Source: an uncultured bacterium
GTDB lineage: Bacteria > UBP7 > UBA6624
Assembly (NCBI GenBank): GCA_964343345.1
Contig: CAYFJE010000003.1
Location: forward strand, 1 to 36,188
Length of the DNA: 36,188 bases
Direction: 5' to 3'
Made by a program: the position numbers and the translations under genes. Position 1 is the stretch's first letter, and every line of letters begins with the position of its first letter. Below the pieces are notes generated by a model. That model saw nothing but the letters and a program-made list of their open reading frames with translations. It did no database searches and had not been told where the DNA came from. Shown piece after piece: positions 17,174-25,896 of the stretch.

Positions 17174-18955
17174 CTAAAACAAGAAACCATTTTTGAGCTT
17201 TTTCTTTTTTCTATATTCTTCCAAAAGCTTTTCAACATCTTCTTTAATTGATAAACTAGGATAAGCTTTTTGTTTAACTATCATTCCATCTTGATCCAAT
17301 AGATACATTGTTGGTATGCTATTGACCCTGAAAAGATCTGATATTTCATTATCCCAACCTTTCCCATCAAAATGTTCTTCCCATTTCATTTCAGGGTTAT
17401 CTTCAAGATATTTATTTAATTTTTCTTCATCTGAGTCAAGGCTGATTCCAAGCATTACGAAATTTGGTCCTTCAAGTTCATCATAAAGTTGTTGTATTTC
17501 TGGAGCCATTTTTATACAAGGACCACACCATGTTGCCCAAAAATCAATAAGAACAACTTTTCCTTTTAGTTTCTCAAGTGATATTTTTTTGCCGCTATGA
17601 GAAACAAACGAGAAGTTTGGAGATTTGTTTCCTGGAGTAAGGTAAGGTTTATGAGGAGCTTCTTTTTCAGATTCTTTTAAAGTTATTTTTGTTCCACTTG
17701 CATTTATTGAATCTACTACCCAAGACATTCCTCCAAATTCAAAAAGTTGATTTCCTTTATATCCTTCAGCTGAAGATGTAGATCCATTCATTTTTCCATC
17801 TTGGTCTCTGTCTATAGATAATGCTATGTTGTTCAAATCATTAAAAAGACCATCTGTGTTTTCGTCAGCTAAGGCTATTTTGTATTCTTCATTATTCCAG
17901 TTTACTGTTCCTGATTTGTTGTTCCAGCGGTAACATAGAACAGAGTCTTTACCTTTTACTACAGTGTTTAATTTATAGCATTTAATTTTGTAGGAAAAAA
18001 TTTCATCTAACCCTCTGTATTCAAGGTTGATTTCCGATTCCGTATTGAATGTTCTTGAAGATCTTGAAACCCATGAACCGTCACCATCGTTAGTTAGGTC
18101 ATTGTCATTATTTGAATCAATGTAGATTTTTGATTCAAATTCATTAAACCATTCATTATTAAAATCTGTTGCATTCTCTTTTCTGCAATCAATAATTTTT
18201 TGAATTTCTTTTGTTTTTTCTTCATCTTCTTCTGCATCTAGATTTTTATTTAATTCTCTAATTGTTGCCATTGCTGTATCTTCGTCTACAAGTGTTGGTT
18301 GTATTTTTTCGAAACACATGTTTTTCACTGTATCAGAATCCGAAGAGTGAAAAATGTCTGAGTCAAGCACAATTGTTATGCTGTTGTCTTCTTCAGAGTT
18401 TTTATTTTCGTCTCTGCAATTCATCAAAGATTGGATTAAATCAGACCTTTCAGAGGTTTTTGGTTCTTTTTTTTCCGGTTCTTCAGTTTTTTCTGGTTCT
18501 AGTTTTGATAGTTTTTTCTGATTTGTTTTTGGTTCTTTTTTTTCCGGTTCTTCAGTTTTTTCTGGTTCTAGTTTTGATAGTTTTTTCTGATTTGTTTTTG
18601 GTTCTTTTTTATCTTCAGAGACTTTTAGTTTTTTTTCAAAATCTTTATCTTCTTTTTCTTTTTCTTTTTCTATGTCTGCAATATTTGAATTTAATAATTC
18701 TTTTATTTTTTCAAAATCTGGATTTTCTGAGCAAGTTTTTATAGCAGTTGGGGCATTTCTAGGATCCTGTCCTAATTTCAGTGTTGCATACATTGGCTTG
18801 AAAACATATGATGGCTCTGCTGTAAGTTCTTCTGAAGGAGTATCGTTTAATTCAAATCTTTGAGGCCTGTAGTTAGTAAAAATTTGTTTTTCTTCTTGTA
18901 CCAAGTCAACAGTAATACTTGGGATTAAGGTTGCTAAAAATAAGTAAATATTCAT
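17174..18955 (-). CDS. Exported TlpA-family thiol:disulfide oxidoreductase with large N-terminal region
   Basis: C-terminal PNFS...GK.ISL..LKGKVVLIDFWATWCGPC...SIPT.YLLD..G; DxDxDG-like motifs upstream; hydrophobic N-terminus; AGGAG RBS. Confidence 0.85.
   Translation of the reverse strand: MNIYLFLATLIPSITVDLVQEEKQIFTNYRPQRFELNDTPSEELTAEPSYVFKPMYATLKLGQDPRNAPTAIKTCSENPDFEKIKELLNSNIADIEKEKEKEDKDFEKKLKVSEDKKEPKTNQKKLSKLEPEKTEEPEKKEPKTNQKKLSKLEPEKTEEPEKKEPKTSERSDLIQSLMNCRDENKNSEEDNSITIVLDSDIFHSSDSDTVKNMCFEKIQPTLVDEDTAMATIRELNKNLDAEEDEEKTKEIQKIIDCRKENATDFNNEWFNEFESKIYIDSNNDNDLTNDGDGSWVSRSSRTFNTESEINLEYRGLDEIFSYKIKCYKLNTVVKGKDSVLCYRWNNKSGTVNWNNEEYKIALADENTDGLFNDLNNIALSIDRDQDGKMNGSTSSAEGYKGNQLFEFGGMSWVVDSINASGTKITLKESEKEAPHKPYLTPGNKSPNFSFVSHSGKKISLEKLKGKVVLIDFWATWCGPCIKMAPEIQQLYDELEGPNFVMLGISLDSDEEKLNKYLEDNPEMKWEEHFDGKGWDNEISDLFRVNSIPTMYLLDQDGMIVKQKAYPSLSIKEDVEKLLEEYRKKKKLKNGFLF
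18456..18610. repeat. 69-bp exact coding tandem repeat (about 2.25 copies)
   Basis: Units start at 18456, 18525 and 18594; encodes KKEPKTNQKKLSKLEPEKTEEPE on the minus strand. Confidence 0.92.
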
Positions 18956-18989
18956 GATTTTGAATCTCCTTTTTTAAAATAGTCTGTGA

Positions 18990-19910
18990 CTATTTTATAT
19001 CTTTCATCCATATCACGGAGATGTATTCTCCTTTTGCTCCGTTTTTCAACATTTTATTGTCAATATTTTTAACAAGTTTCCATATAAATTCTGTTAAAAA
19101 ATCAGGAACTTCATGATGATGCGCTAAATGTATCGCTATAGGAAGTCTTTCTTTTATTTTCGAACCTTTTAATATTTTTTTGATCGCTGGAAGTATTTTA
19201 TTTTCAGAACAGTGCTCAAAAGGAGCGTCTTCAATAATTTGAATTTGTTTTTTCTTGTTCTCGATTTTGAATTTCCTTTTGAATCGATAAATGATATGTG
19301 ATAGTTTTGCAGGAAGGATGTTCATCAGGATTTTTACAGTTTTTTCATTTTTTTCATCAAATCCAAGATGATCTAGTATTAAAATTTTTCCTCCAGGTTT
19401 TAGTGAATTTTTCAATCTTTTTAGGACTTCTTCAGGATTTACAAGATGGTGAAGGACATCCCATACTGCAACAACATCATAAAAATTTTCTTTGAATTGG
19501 AAATTATTCAAATCTGCAACTTGATAGTTTATTTTTTCACCCATTTTTTTTGAGTATTTTTTTGCAATCTTTATGCTTTTTTCAGCAAGATCAAAACCAT
19601 CTACCTCGAAGCCTTTTCTTGAGAGCTCAAGTGAAAGCCAACCCATTCCACAACCAAAATCAAGTGCTTTTTTTTCTTTCTTGACTTTTGGATTTCCTGC
19701 AGATTCTAGGAATTCTTTTTTTATATCGCCTCTTATTATTTTTTCAATTCTGCAATCATTAAATGGGTTGTAGGGTCTTCTTTTTATAGGAGTTGCATTT
19801 TGTAGATCGAGCCAATGAGGAATTCCTTTTTGAAGAGCATCTTCATTAAAGTGAGCCCAAAATTTGGCTTCTTTTTCTAACAACTCTTTAAATTCATTTT
19901 GATGATTCAT
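18990..19910 (-). CDS. Class I SAM-dependent methyltransferase
   Basis: ALDFGCGMG, G.D.A, YDVV..WDVLHHL..P....LKPGG. Start moved to ATG 19910 to avoid a long overlap with the GT2 gene. Confidence 0.85.
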   Translation of the reverse strand: MNHQNEFKELLEKEAKFWAHFNEDALQKGIPHWLDLQNATPIKRRPYNPFNDCRIEKIIRGDIKKEFLESAGNPKVKKEKKALDFGCGMGWLSLELSRKGFEVDGFDLAEKSIKIAKKYSKKMGEKINYQVADLNNFQFKENFYDVVAVWDVLHHLVNPEEVLKRLKNSLKPGGKILILDHLGFDEKNEKTVKILMNILPAKLSHIIYRFKRKFKIENKKKQIQIIEDAPFEHCSENKILPAIKKILKGSKIKERLPIAIHLAHHHEVPDFLTEFIWKLVKNIDNKMLKNGAKGEYISVIWMKDIK

Positions 19911-20961
19911 AAGCTTTCCTTTTGTCTTTTTCTGAAAATGTTGTTGTCCACTTTTGATAAAGTGCAAGTGTTTCGGGTAGGTCGTTTTCAAGAGGTTTGT
20001 ATTCTGTGTCTGAAAAACAGCCGGAATGACCTTCGGAAAAAGCAAACAACAGAGAATCTTTAACAATTCTTGTTTTTTGTATTTGGAATCTTGATTTTAA
20101 TGCTGGAATAAGCAATTTAAAGAATCTCAAAAAGATAAAAAAAGTTGTTTTTCTCATCCTCTTCTCTGTTCTTGATCTGTTAATTAGTTGTTTTGATCTT
20201 TTTAATATTTCTTTTAATAACTTTATTGGTTCTAAAAGCCTAACTATAGAAAGAAGCAGATTGCTTTGTATGTAATAGTATTTAAATGTAGATGGTTCTT
20301 CTTTCAAAAGAAAGGAATGATGATGAATTATTTTTGCTGATGGAGCTGTCATAAACATCCAGCCTTTAAGCCTTGCTCTCCAGCACCAATCAACATCTTC
20401 GTAATAAAGAAAAAAAGCTTCCCACAACCTGCCCACATCTCTAAATGCCTTTGTTGAGATTAATGTACAACCAAAACAAGACCCGAAAACTGGTTCAGAA
20501 AAATCAAATTGCCCTATGTCTGGTTGTCCGATTCCTCTATTTGCTGCTACTAATCCTGGATAAACAATTGTTCCTATTGAATCAAAATGGTTTGGATAGT
20601 CATGGAGGTACATTTTAGGAGCTACTGCAGCAATTTTTGACTTGGAATCAAAAATTAAAAGCATTTCTTTTACTGAGTCTTTTTTAAGGATGATATCAAA
20701 ATTCAAAATTAAAACATAGTCAAACATTGACAGTGATTTCATACCTGTGTTTACTGCGCTTGAAAAACCTTTGTTTTTCTTCATCTTGATAATTTGAATT
20801 TCTTCATCTTCTAAATAATTCAATCCTTGTTTTTGTGTACTGTTGTTGTCTACAACGAGTATTTTTTCGATTTCCTTTTGTTTTTTTACACTTTCCAAAA
20901 GATCATGTAGTATTTTTTCTGGAGCATTGTAGGTTATTATCAGGGCAGCTGTTTTACTCAT
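19894..20961 (-). CDS. Family 2 glycosyltransferase (WbbL/rhamnosyltransferase-like)
   Basis: IITYN, VVDN.S, N.GFS.AVN.G, LN.D, FFLYYEDVDWCWR....G motifs. Confidence 0.9.
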   Translation of the reverse strand: MSKTAALIITYNAPEKILHDLLESVKKQKEIEKILVVDNNSTQKQGLNYLEDEEIQIIKMKKNKGFSSAVNTGMKSLSMFDYVLILNFDIILKKDSVKEMLLIFDSKSKIAAVAPKMYLHDYPNHFDSIGTIVYPGLVAANRGIGQPDIGQFDFSEPVFGSCFGCTLISTKAFRDVGRLWEAFFLYYEDVDWCWRARLKGWMFMTAPSAKIIHHHSFLLKEEPSTFKYYYIQSNLLLSIVRLLEPIKLLKEILKRSKQLINRSRTEKRMRKTTFFIFLRFFKLLIPALKSRFQIQKTRIVKDSLLFAFSEGHSGCFSDTEYKPLENDLPETLALYQKWTTTFSEKDKRKAYESSK

Positions 20962-21862
20962 TTTGGTTATTTTTTATTATTTGATTTGTTGAATCTAAGA
21001 CTATCTCCAAGGATTTAAGGCTTTCTTGATAGAAATTTTTTTTAATGATGTTTTCTTTGAATTTTGTTATTTGTGCATTTATTGCATCCGTTTCGTTTTT
21101 GATGATTTCAATGTTGGTTTTTTTGTTGTTTTTTTTATCTATCTTTATCAAAGTTTGTTTTATGTAGTTGCCCAAATATATATATTTTTCTGTTGAAAGG
21201 AGAAGTGTTCTGTGTCTTTCTTTCGTTTCCCATCCAGCGAAAAGATGTGCATATACATTTTTATCATTTTTAAGAACAACTTTAGCATTATCAGGATATT
21301 TGTCATCTCCCAGGTTTCCAACAGCATCTTCAATTGACACTTTTTTTCCTATAAATTGGAGAACTATATCTATGTCATGTATCATTGAATCTAAAACAAC
21401 ACCTTCATACATAATTCTTTTGGGTCTTGGGGCCCATCTTGATGTGTAAATTGATTCAATTTGTTCATTTTTTATTTCTTTCATTAAAGTTTTTATCATT
21501 GGATTGTGCCTCTCTATATACCCAATCATTAAAACTTTATTCATTTTTTTTGCTGTTTCAACCATGCTTTTTGCAGATTCAATGTTGTCCGATATCGGTT
21601 TTTCCACCAGAACATTGATGTTTTTTTCTAAAAGATAATTTGTTATTTCTTTATGGTGTTTTGTAGGAGTTGCAACTATTGCAGCATCAAAGTTTTCATT
21701 TAAATCTTTAAAATTTTTCAATTTTTTTATTTTTGAATCTATTGAAGATAAAGATTTTTCATCCACATCAACCACACAAGTTAATTCAACATCTTTTCTT
21801 TCCATGAGATGTTCGTAATGTAGTTTCCCCATTTTTCCGATTCCAGCAAGGATAAATTTCAT
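20954..21862 (-). CDS. Gfo/Idh/MocA oxidoreductase, probable UDP-GlcNAc 3-dehydrogenase (GnnA-like)
   Basis: G.GKMG, VATPT..H, VLVEKP, G.IER.NP, D.MIHDID; coupled to lpxA by a TAATG overlap. The family is certain; the GnnA function is inferred from context. Confidence 0.7.
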   Translation of the reverse strand: MKFILAGIGKMGKLHYEHLMERKDVELTCVVDVDEKSLSSIDSKIKKLKNFKDLNENFDAAIVATPTKHHKEITNYLLEKNINVLVEKPISDNIESAKSMVETAKKMNKVLMIGYIERHNPMIKTLMKEIKNEQIESIYTSRWAPRPKRIMYEGVVLDSMIHDIDIVLQFIGKKVSIEDAVGNLGDDKYPDNAKVVLKNDKNVYAHLFAGWETKERHRTLLLSTEKYIYLGNYIKQTLIKIDKKNNKKTNIEIIKNETDAINAQITKFKENIIKKNFYQESLKSLEIVLDSTNQIIKNNQNE

Positions 21863-22614
21863 TAATTCCACTTGTAATATTTTGTATTTGAGTTTATAAA
21901 ATCTTTCAAAATGAATGCTTCGTTATTCTTTAAGTTTGTCAATTCTTCAACTAGTTCTTTTTTGTTTGTTTTTGTTTTTAGTAACTTCATTGCTTCAACA
22001 GCATTTTTTCTTAAATCAAGACTGTCAGACATTCCTCTTCTGTTTATGCTAACTATTTTTGTACCACTGCCTAAATCTGCAATCATCGAGTAGGGAGGGA
22101 CAGATTTCAAAACAGGGATCATCGCTCCAATCATGGATCTCGTTCCAATTTCCATTCTTTGGTGAACCATAACACCTCCACCAATAACAGCTTTTTCTCC
22201 AATTTTGACATGTCCACCCAGTTGAACAAAATTTGTTAATATCACATTGTTTTGAAGTTCGGAGTCATGTCCAACATGAGAAAAGGCCATAAGGTAACAA
22301 TTTTTCCCTATGATCGTGGGTGTTTCTGTCGTTGATCCATGAACTGTTACAAATTCTCTCAATGTCGAGCCGTCAGAAACAACTGTTGAATGGCAAAAAT
22401 CTTTAAAAGATATATGTTGTGGAGAATCAATTGTCACCCCCCTATGCAGATGAACATTTTTCCCTATTTTGACATTTCCTTTAATTCTCACATTGTCTTC
22501 AATAACGGAACCTTCTTCTATGATGACATTTTCGTCTATCAAAGATCCAGGGCCTATTTCAACATCATTTTTTATTGTTGCTTTTTTATGAATTATTGCT
22601 TTAGGGTGAATCAT
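21862..22614 (-). CDS. lpxA: Acyl-ACP--UDP-N-acetylglucosamine acyltransferase
   Basis: MIHP.A, hexapeptide repeats, PQ, REFVTVH, MAFSHVGHD, LGGHV, VHQ, VPPY; ATGA overlap with lpxD places the start at 22614. Confidence 0.9.
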   Translation of the reverse strand: MIHPKAIIHKKATIKNDVEIGPGSLIDENVIIEEGSVIEDNVRIKGNVKIGKNVHLHRGVTIDSPQHISFKDFCHSTVVSDGSTLREFVTVHGSTTETPTIIGKNCYLMAFSHVGHDSELQNNVILTNFVQLGGHVKIGEKAVIGGGVMVHQRMEIGTRSMIGAMIPVLKSVPPYSMIADLGSGTKIVSINRRGMSDSLDLRKNAVEAMKLLKTKTNKKELVEELTNLKNNEAFILKDFINSNTKYYKWN

Positions 22615-23585
22615 TTTTTTCTTTTCATCCATTCAGGAATTTTTTTCAAAGAAGCCCATATTGCAAGGGTTATTTTTTTCGCTCTTGCTGGATACCCAAG
22701 AACTGTTTCATTGTCTTTTACATCCGATATGACCATGCTCCCAACACCAACAGTCACATTTTCTCCTATTTTTGTATGATCCGAGACTCCAACTCTTCCT
22801 CCAGCTTTGAAATTTTTTCCTATTTTAGAACTTCCTGCTATTCCGCTTTTTGCAGCTATCAAAGAGTTTTTTCCAAGTTCAACATTATGAGCTATATGAA
22901 CTTGAGAGTCAGTTTTTACATTGTCATCAACTTCTGTTGAATCTATAAGTCCAGCATCAATTGTGTTTAGTGCTCCAATTGTCACATTGTTCCCGATTTT
23001 CGCCCCTCCAATGTGAGGCATTCTAAACATCCCATTTTTATTCTTGTGTATGTTGAATCCTGCATTTCCTATGATGCTGCCAGGCCCTATGAGTGTTTTT
23101 TTGCCGATGTTACAGTTATCCATAATTATTGAATGAGGCATCAAGCAGGATTCTCGACTAATTTTTGAGTTATTTCCAACAAAAGAAAATGCATGAATTT
23201 CAACATTTTCTTGAATTTCAACATTTTCTCCAATAAATACAAATGGTCCAATCCTGCTGTTTCGACCTATTTTAGCTGAATCGCTTATATGAGATTTTTC
23301 ACTTATTAGAAGATCTGATTTTTTGAACTTGGGTTCAATTTCTTTCATTATTTTTGCAAATATCGTTTTTGGGTCTGGATGCTGAATTCCTTTGTAAGGT
23401 TTGTCTTTTGAAATTATGTAGCAGTTATTTCTTTCTAGTTCTTTTGATGTTTTTTTTGTTAAAGAAAATGCTAAAAAATCTTTTATGGGTTTTTCAGAAG
23501 AACATAAACCAAAAATTACTGAATCTTTGCTTCCAACCAAAATACCATTAGATATTTTTGCAAGTTCTTTTAGGCTCCAGGCCAT
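22611..23585 (-). CDS. lpxD: UDP-3-O-acylglucosamine N-acyltransferase
   Basis: N-terminal uridine-binding domain, hexapeptide repeats, IG..GF, P.IG...IG..V.IGA..TID.G, K.D..VHIAHN, G.PA. Confidence 0.92.
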   Translation of the reverse strand: MAWSLKELAKISNGILVGSKDSVIFGLCSSEKPIKDFLAFSLTKKTSKELERNNCYIISKDKPYKGIQHPDPKTIFAKIMKEIEPKFKKSDLLISEKSHISDSAKIGRNSRIGPFVFIGENVEIQENVEIHAFSFVGNNSKISRESCLMPHSIIMDNCNIGKKTLIGPGSIIGNAGFNIHKNKNGMFRMPHIGGAKIGNNVTIGALNTIDAGLIDSTEVDDNVKTDSQVHIAHNVELGKNSLIAAKSGIAGSSKIGKNFKAGGRVGVSDHTKIGENVTVGVGSMVISDVKDNETVLGYPARAKKITLAIWASLKKIPEWMKRKK

Positions 23586-25324
23586 TAAAACATTTGTCCT
23601 ATAGAAAAGTGAAATTTTGTATCATCTAAATCAGGAGAAAAAGCCAAATCAAATCGAACAGGAGCAATTCCAAAAAAACCAATACTAAACCTTATTCCTA
23701 AACCATAGCTTGTTAATGCATTTTCGAAAGAAAGACTTTCAGAATCATTTGATGAGGATCCATAATCAGCAAATGCAACTGCTGACCAAGGGGTATCTTC
23801 GGGATGCCATCTAAGTTCAAGATTCATCAAGGATTGGTAATTACCTTTGCTCTCTCCTAGGTCATACCCTCTTACAGAAGAGGTTCCACCAGTCCAAAAT
23901 CGCCTTGTTGAAGGGGAATCTCCTTCTATCATTCCAATTTTGTATCTTCCTGCTAAGAGGAATTCAGGGTTCTTGAGTTGTTTGTATTTTCTAATGTCGT
24001 ATGAGTATTTCGTGTAAGAAAAGTCTTCAGAAGCAAAACCATGCTCTAAGGAAAGATCCCAATATATCCCATCTTGTGTTGGATCAAAAGGATTGAACCT
24101 CGTGTCTTTTTTGTATCCAATGGTTATGCTGTTTAATTCACCTGCTAATATACCTTTTTCTGCTAAAAGGTCATCACAATCAGGGCCACTAACCCCATTT
24201 GAAGTACAGATGTCATCTCCAGAATCTAGACTATAGTCGTTTTCACTTGAATGAAGTTTGAAACTCAACCTTCTCATTCTGTCTATTCTTTTCCCGAATG
24301 AAAACTCTCCTCCGCTGCTTGCAAAGTTGTAATTGGGATCTGTGTTTTCTTCATAGAAGATTATTGATCTATTTGTATCAAAAACCCTCGAAGTTAAGGA
24401 AAGTCTTGTATCTTTATAACTGTCATCTGAATAAGATACATCATAGGAACTCCCTCTTTCTCCATAAGAGAGCATCGTTCCTAAGCTTACAGCATTTCCT
24501 CTAAAGTTTTCTTCTCTATAACTAACATAACCACCCAATCCAGACTGGTCTCCATAAAAAGCTCCGAATAAGAGGTTTCCAGTTTTATCTGCCTCTTTTA
24601 AAGAGTAAACAATATCAAAGTAGGGTAGTTGAGAATCGTCTTTTGGAGGATTTATTCTTACTTCAGGAATTGCTGAAAAAAGTTTTGTCGCATAAAGGTC
24701 TTTTATTTCTAGTTGAATTGTTTCATAAGTTATCGGATCTCCTTTCTCCATCCATAGAAACCTTTTTAAGGCATTTTCGTTTGTTTCGACGAGACCCTCA
24801 AAGATTACATCATTGAAAATAGGTTCTACGAAGTTTATTATTAAGGTTTTGTTTTCTAAGTCAAGTGTTTCCGATTCATTGAAAATCCAGGGGAATCCTT
24901 TTTCGGCATATTTAGATCTTATGATGGTGTAGCTCTCCATAAGTTCGTTTCTGTTAAGGATAAAACCTTCTTTCACTGTAATGGCATTTAGGACATCTAA
25001 GGGATCTAGCCAATTTATACCTTTCAAAACTATTGATTCAAGTATTGGAAACTCATTAAATCTAACATTAATAACAATATCACCTTCATTTGTAGTAGTT
25101 TCCGCAGTAGGAGTTTCTATGAAAAAACCAGACGAATACAGTCTTTCAAGGCCTTGATCTATTGCAGATGTTGAAAATTCGTCACCAACATCTATTCCAA
25201 ACACACTTGAAAGCCATTCTTTTTCAAGGTTTTTTGCATCTGGGAAATTTATTTCTGTAACGTCTACTGCTCTGAGTGTTATGCAGTTTATTAATATCGA
25301 TAACAATAATAGTGTTTTTTTCAT
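23585..25324 (-). CDS. bamA: Omp85-family outer membrane assembly factor BamA (3 POTRA domains)
   Basis: Signal peptide, three POTRA-like repeats, barrel with GG..SVRGY, F.D.G, G.G.R, and terminal FSIGQMF; upstream of lpxD. Confidence 0.88.
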   Translation of the reverse strand: MKKTLLLLSILINCITLRAVDVTEINFPDAKNLEKEWLSSVFGIDVGDEFSTSAIDQGLERLYSSGFFIETPTAETTTNEGDIVINVRFNEFPILESIVLKGINWLDPLDVLNAITVKEGFILNRNELMESYTIIRSKYAEKGFPWIFNESETLDLENKTLIINFVEPIFNDVIFEGLVETNENALKRFLWMEKGDPITYETIQLEIKDLYATKLFSAIPEVRINPPKDDSQLPYFDIVYSLKEADKTGNLLFGAFYGDQSGLGGYVSYREENFRGNAVSLGTMLSYGERGSSYDVSYSDDSYKDTRLSLTSRVFDTNRSIIFYEENTDPNYNFASSGGEFSFGKRIDRMRRLSFKLHSSENDYSLDSGDDICTSNGVSGPDCDDLLAEKGILAGELNSITIGYKKDTRFNPFDPTQDGIYWDLSLEHGFASEDFSYTKYSYDIRKYKQLKNPEFLLAGRYKIGMIEGDSPSTRRFWTGGTSSVRGYDLGESKGNYQSLMNLELRWHPEDTPWSAVAFADYGSSSNDSESLSFENALTSYGLGIRFSIGFFGIAPVRFDLAFSPDLDDTKFHFSIGQMF

Positions 25325-25728
25325 TCTTGAATACTCCCTTTATCTATAAACGAAATGATTTTACCCCCGCTACGTGTAAGAGTTAAACGAAAAGGATATT
25401 CTGGAGTTACTACATGTTGCCAGTTTTGATTTGCATCTAACCAGTAAATTGAGATTTCATCAAAATCATTTGTTCTCAAAATAATAAATTCTTTAATTTT
25501 TAAATTGATTTCTTTTTCTTTTTCGACGATTCCATCAAATATTTTTTGACGATCTTTGATTACTTTCAAATCCATACTTTCTTTGATTTTGATTTTTATT
25601 GAAAAAGGTTCAGAGTAGATGTTTTTCTGATCGTATTTTATATATTCTTTTCTTTCATTTTTTGAATCTGAAAGAAAAGAGAGAAATACTAAAAAAGCTG
25701 TAAATACAAAAACAAACAATTTTCTCAT
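25321..25728 (-). CDS. Membrane-anchored protein resembling the RodZ C-terminal (DUF4115-like) domain
   Basis: N-terminal TM; IKIKE...LKV..D...IFDG.V.......K....I.LR..D...I.I spacing resembles DUF4115. The ORF looks real; the function is tentative. Confidence 0.45.
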   Translation of the reverse strand: MRKLFVFVFTAFLVFLSFLSDSKNERKEYIKYDQKNIYSEPFSIKIKIKESMDLKVIKDRQKIFDGIVEKEKEINLKIKEFIILRTNDFDEISIYWLDANQNWQHVVTPEYPFRLTLTRSGGKIISFIDKGSIQE

Positions 25729-25770
25729 CTTTTAATTTTAATGAAAAGTAAAAAGAATCATTTTTTTTTC

Positions 25771-25842
25771 TGTATTTATAAATAAAGACTTAATTCAATT
25801 TATAAGAATAGACTAAATTAAATTGACAAATTAAGACTAATT
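25771..25842. promoter_or_regulatory. Three tandem HAIR-like (HspR) operator units, 24-bp period
   Basis: TGTATTTATAAATAAAGACTTAAT / TCAATTTATAAGAATAGACTAAAT / TAAATTGACAAATTAAGACTAATT; each fits TT(G/T)A..-N7-ACT.A., compared with HAIR CTTGAGT-N7-ACTCAAG; hspR lies in the downstream operon. Confidence 0.65.
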
Positions 25843-25851
25843 ATGTATAAT
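25823..25851 (+). promoter_or_regulatory. Sigma70 promoter of the dnaK operon
   Basis: Perfect TTGACA (25823-25828), 17-bp spacer, TATAAT (25846-25851); AGGAGG RBS at 25884-25889. Confidence 0.9.
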
Positions 25852-25896
25852 TGCATTGTTTTATTTGTATTTATTTAGAAATTAGGAGGAAAAAAT

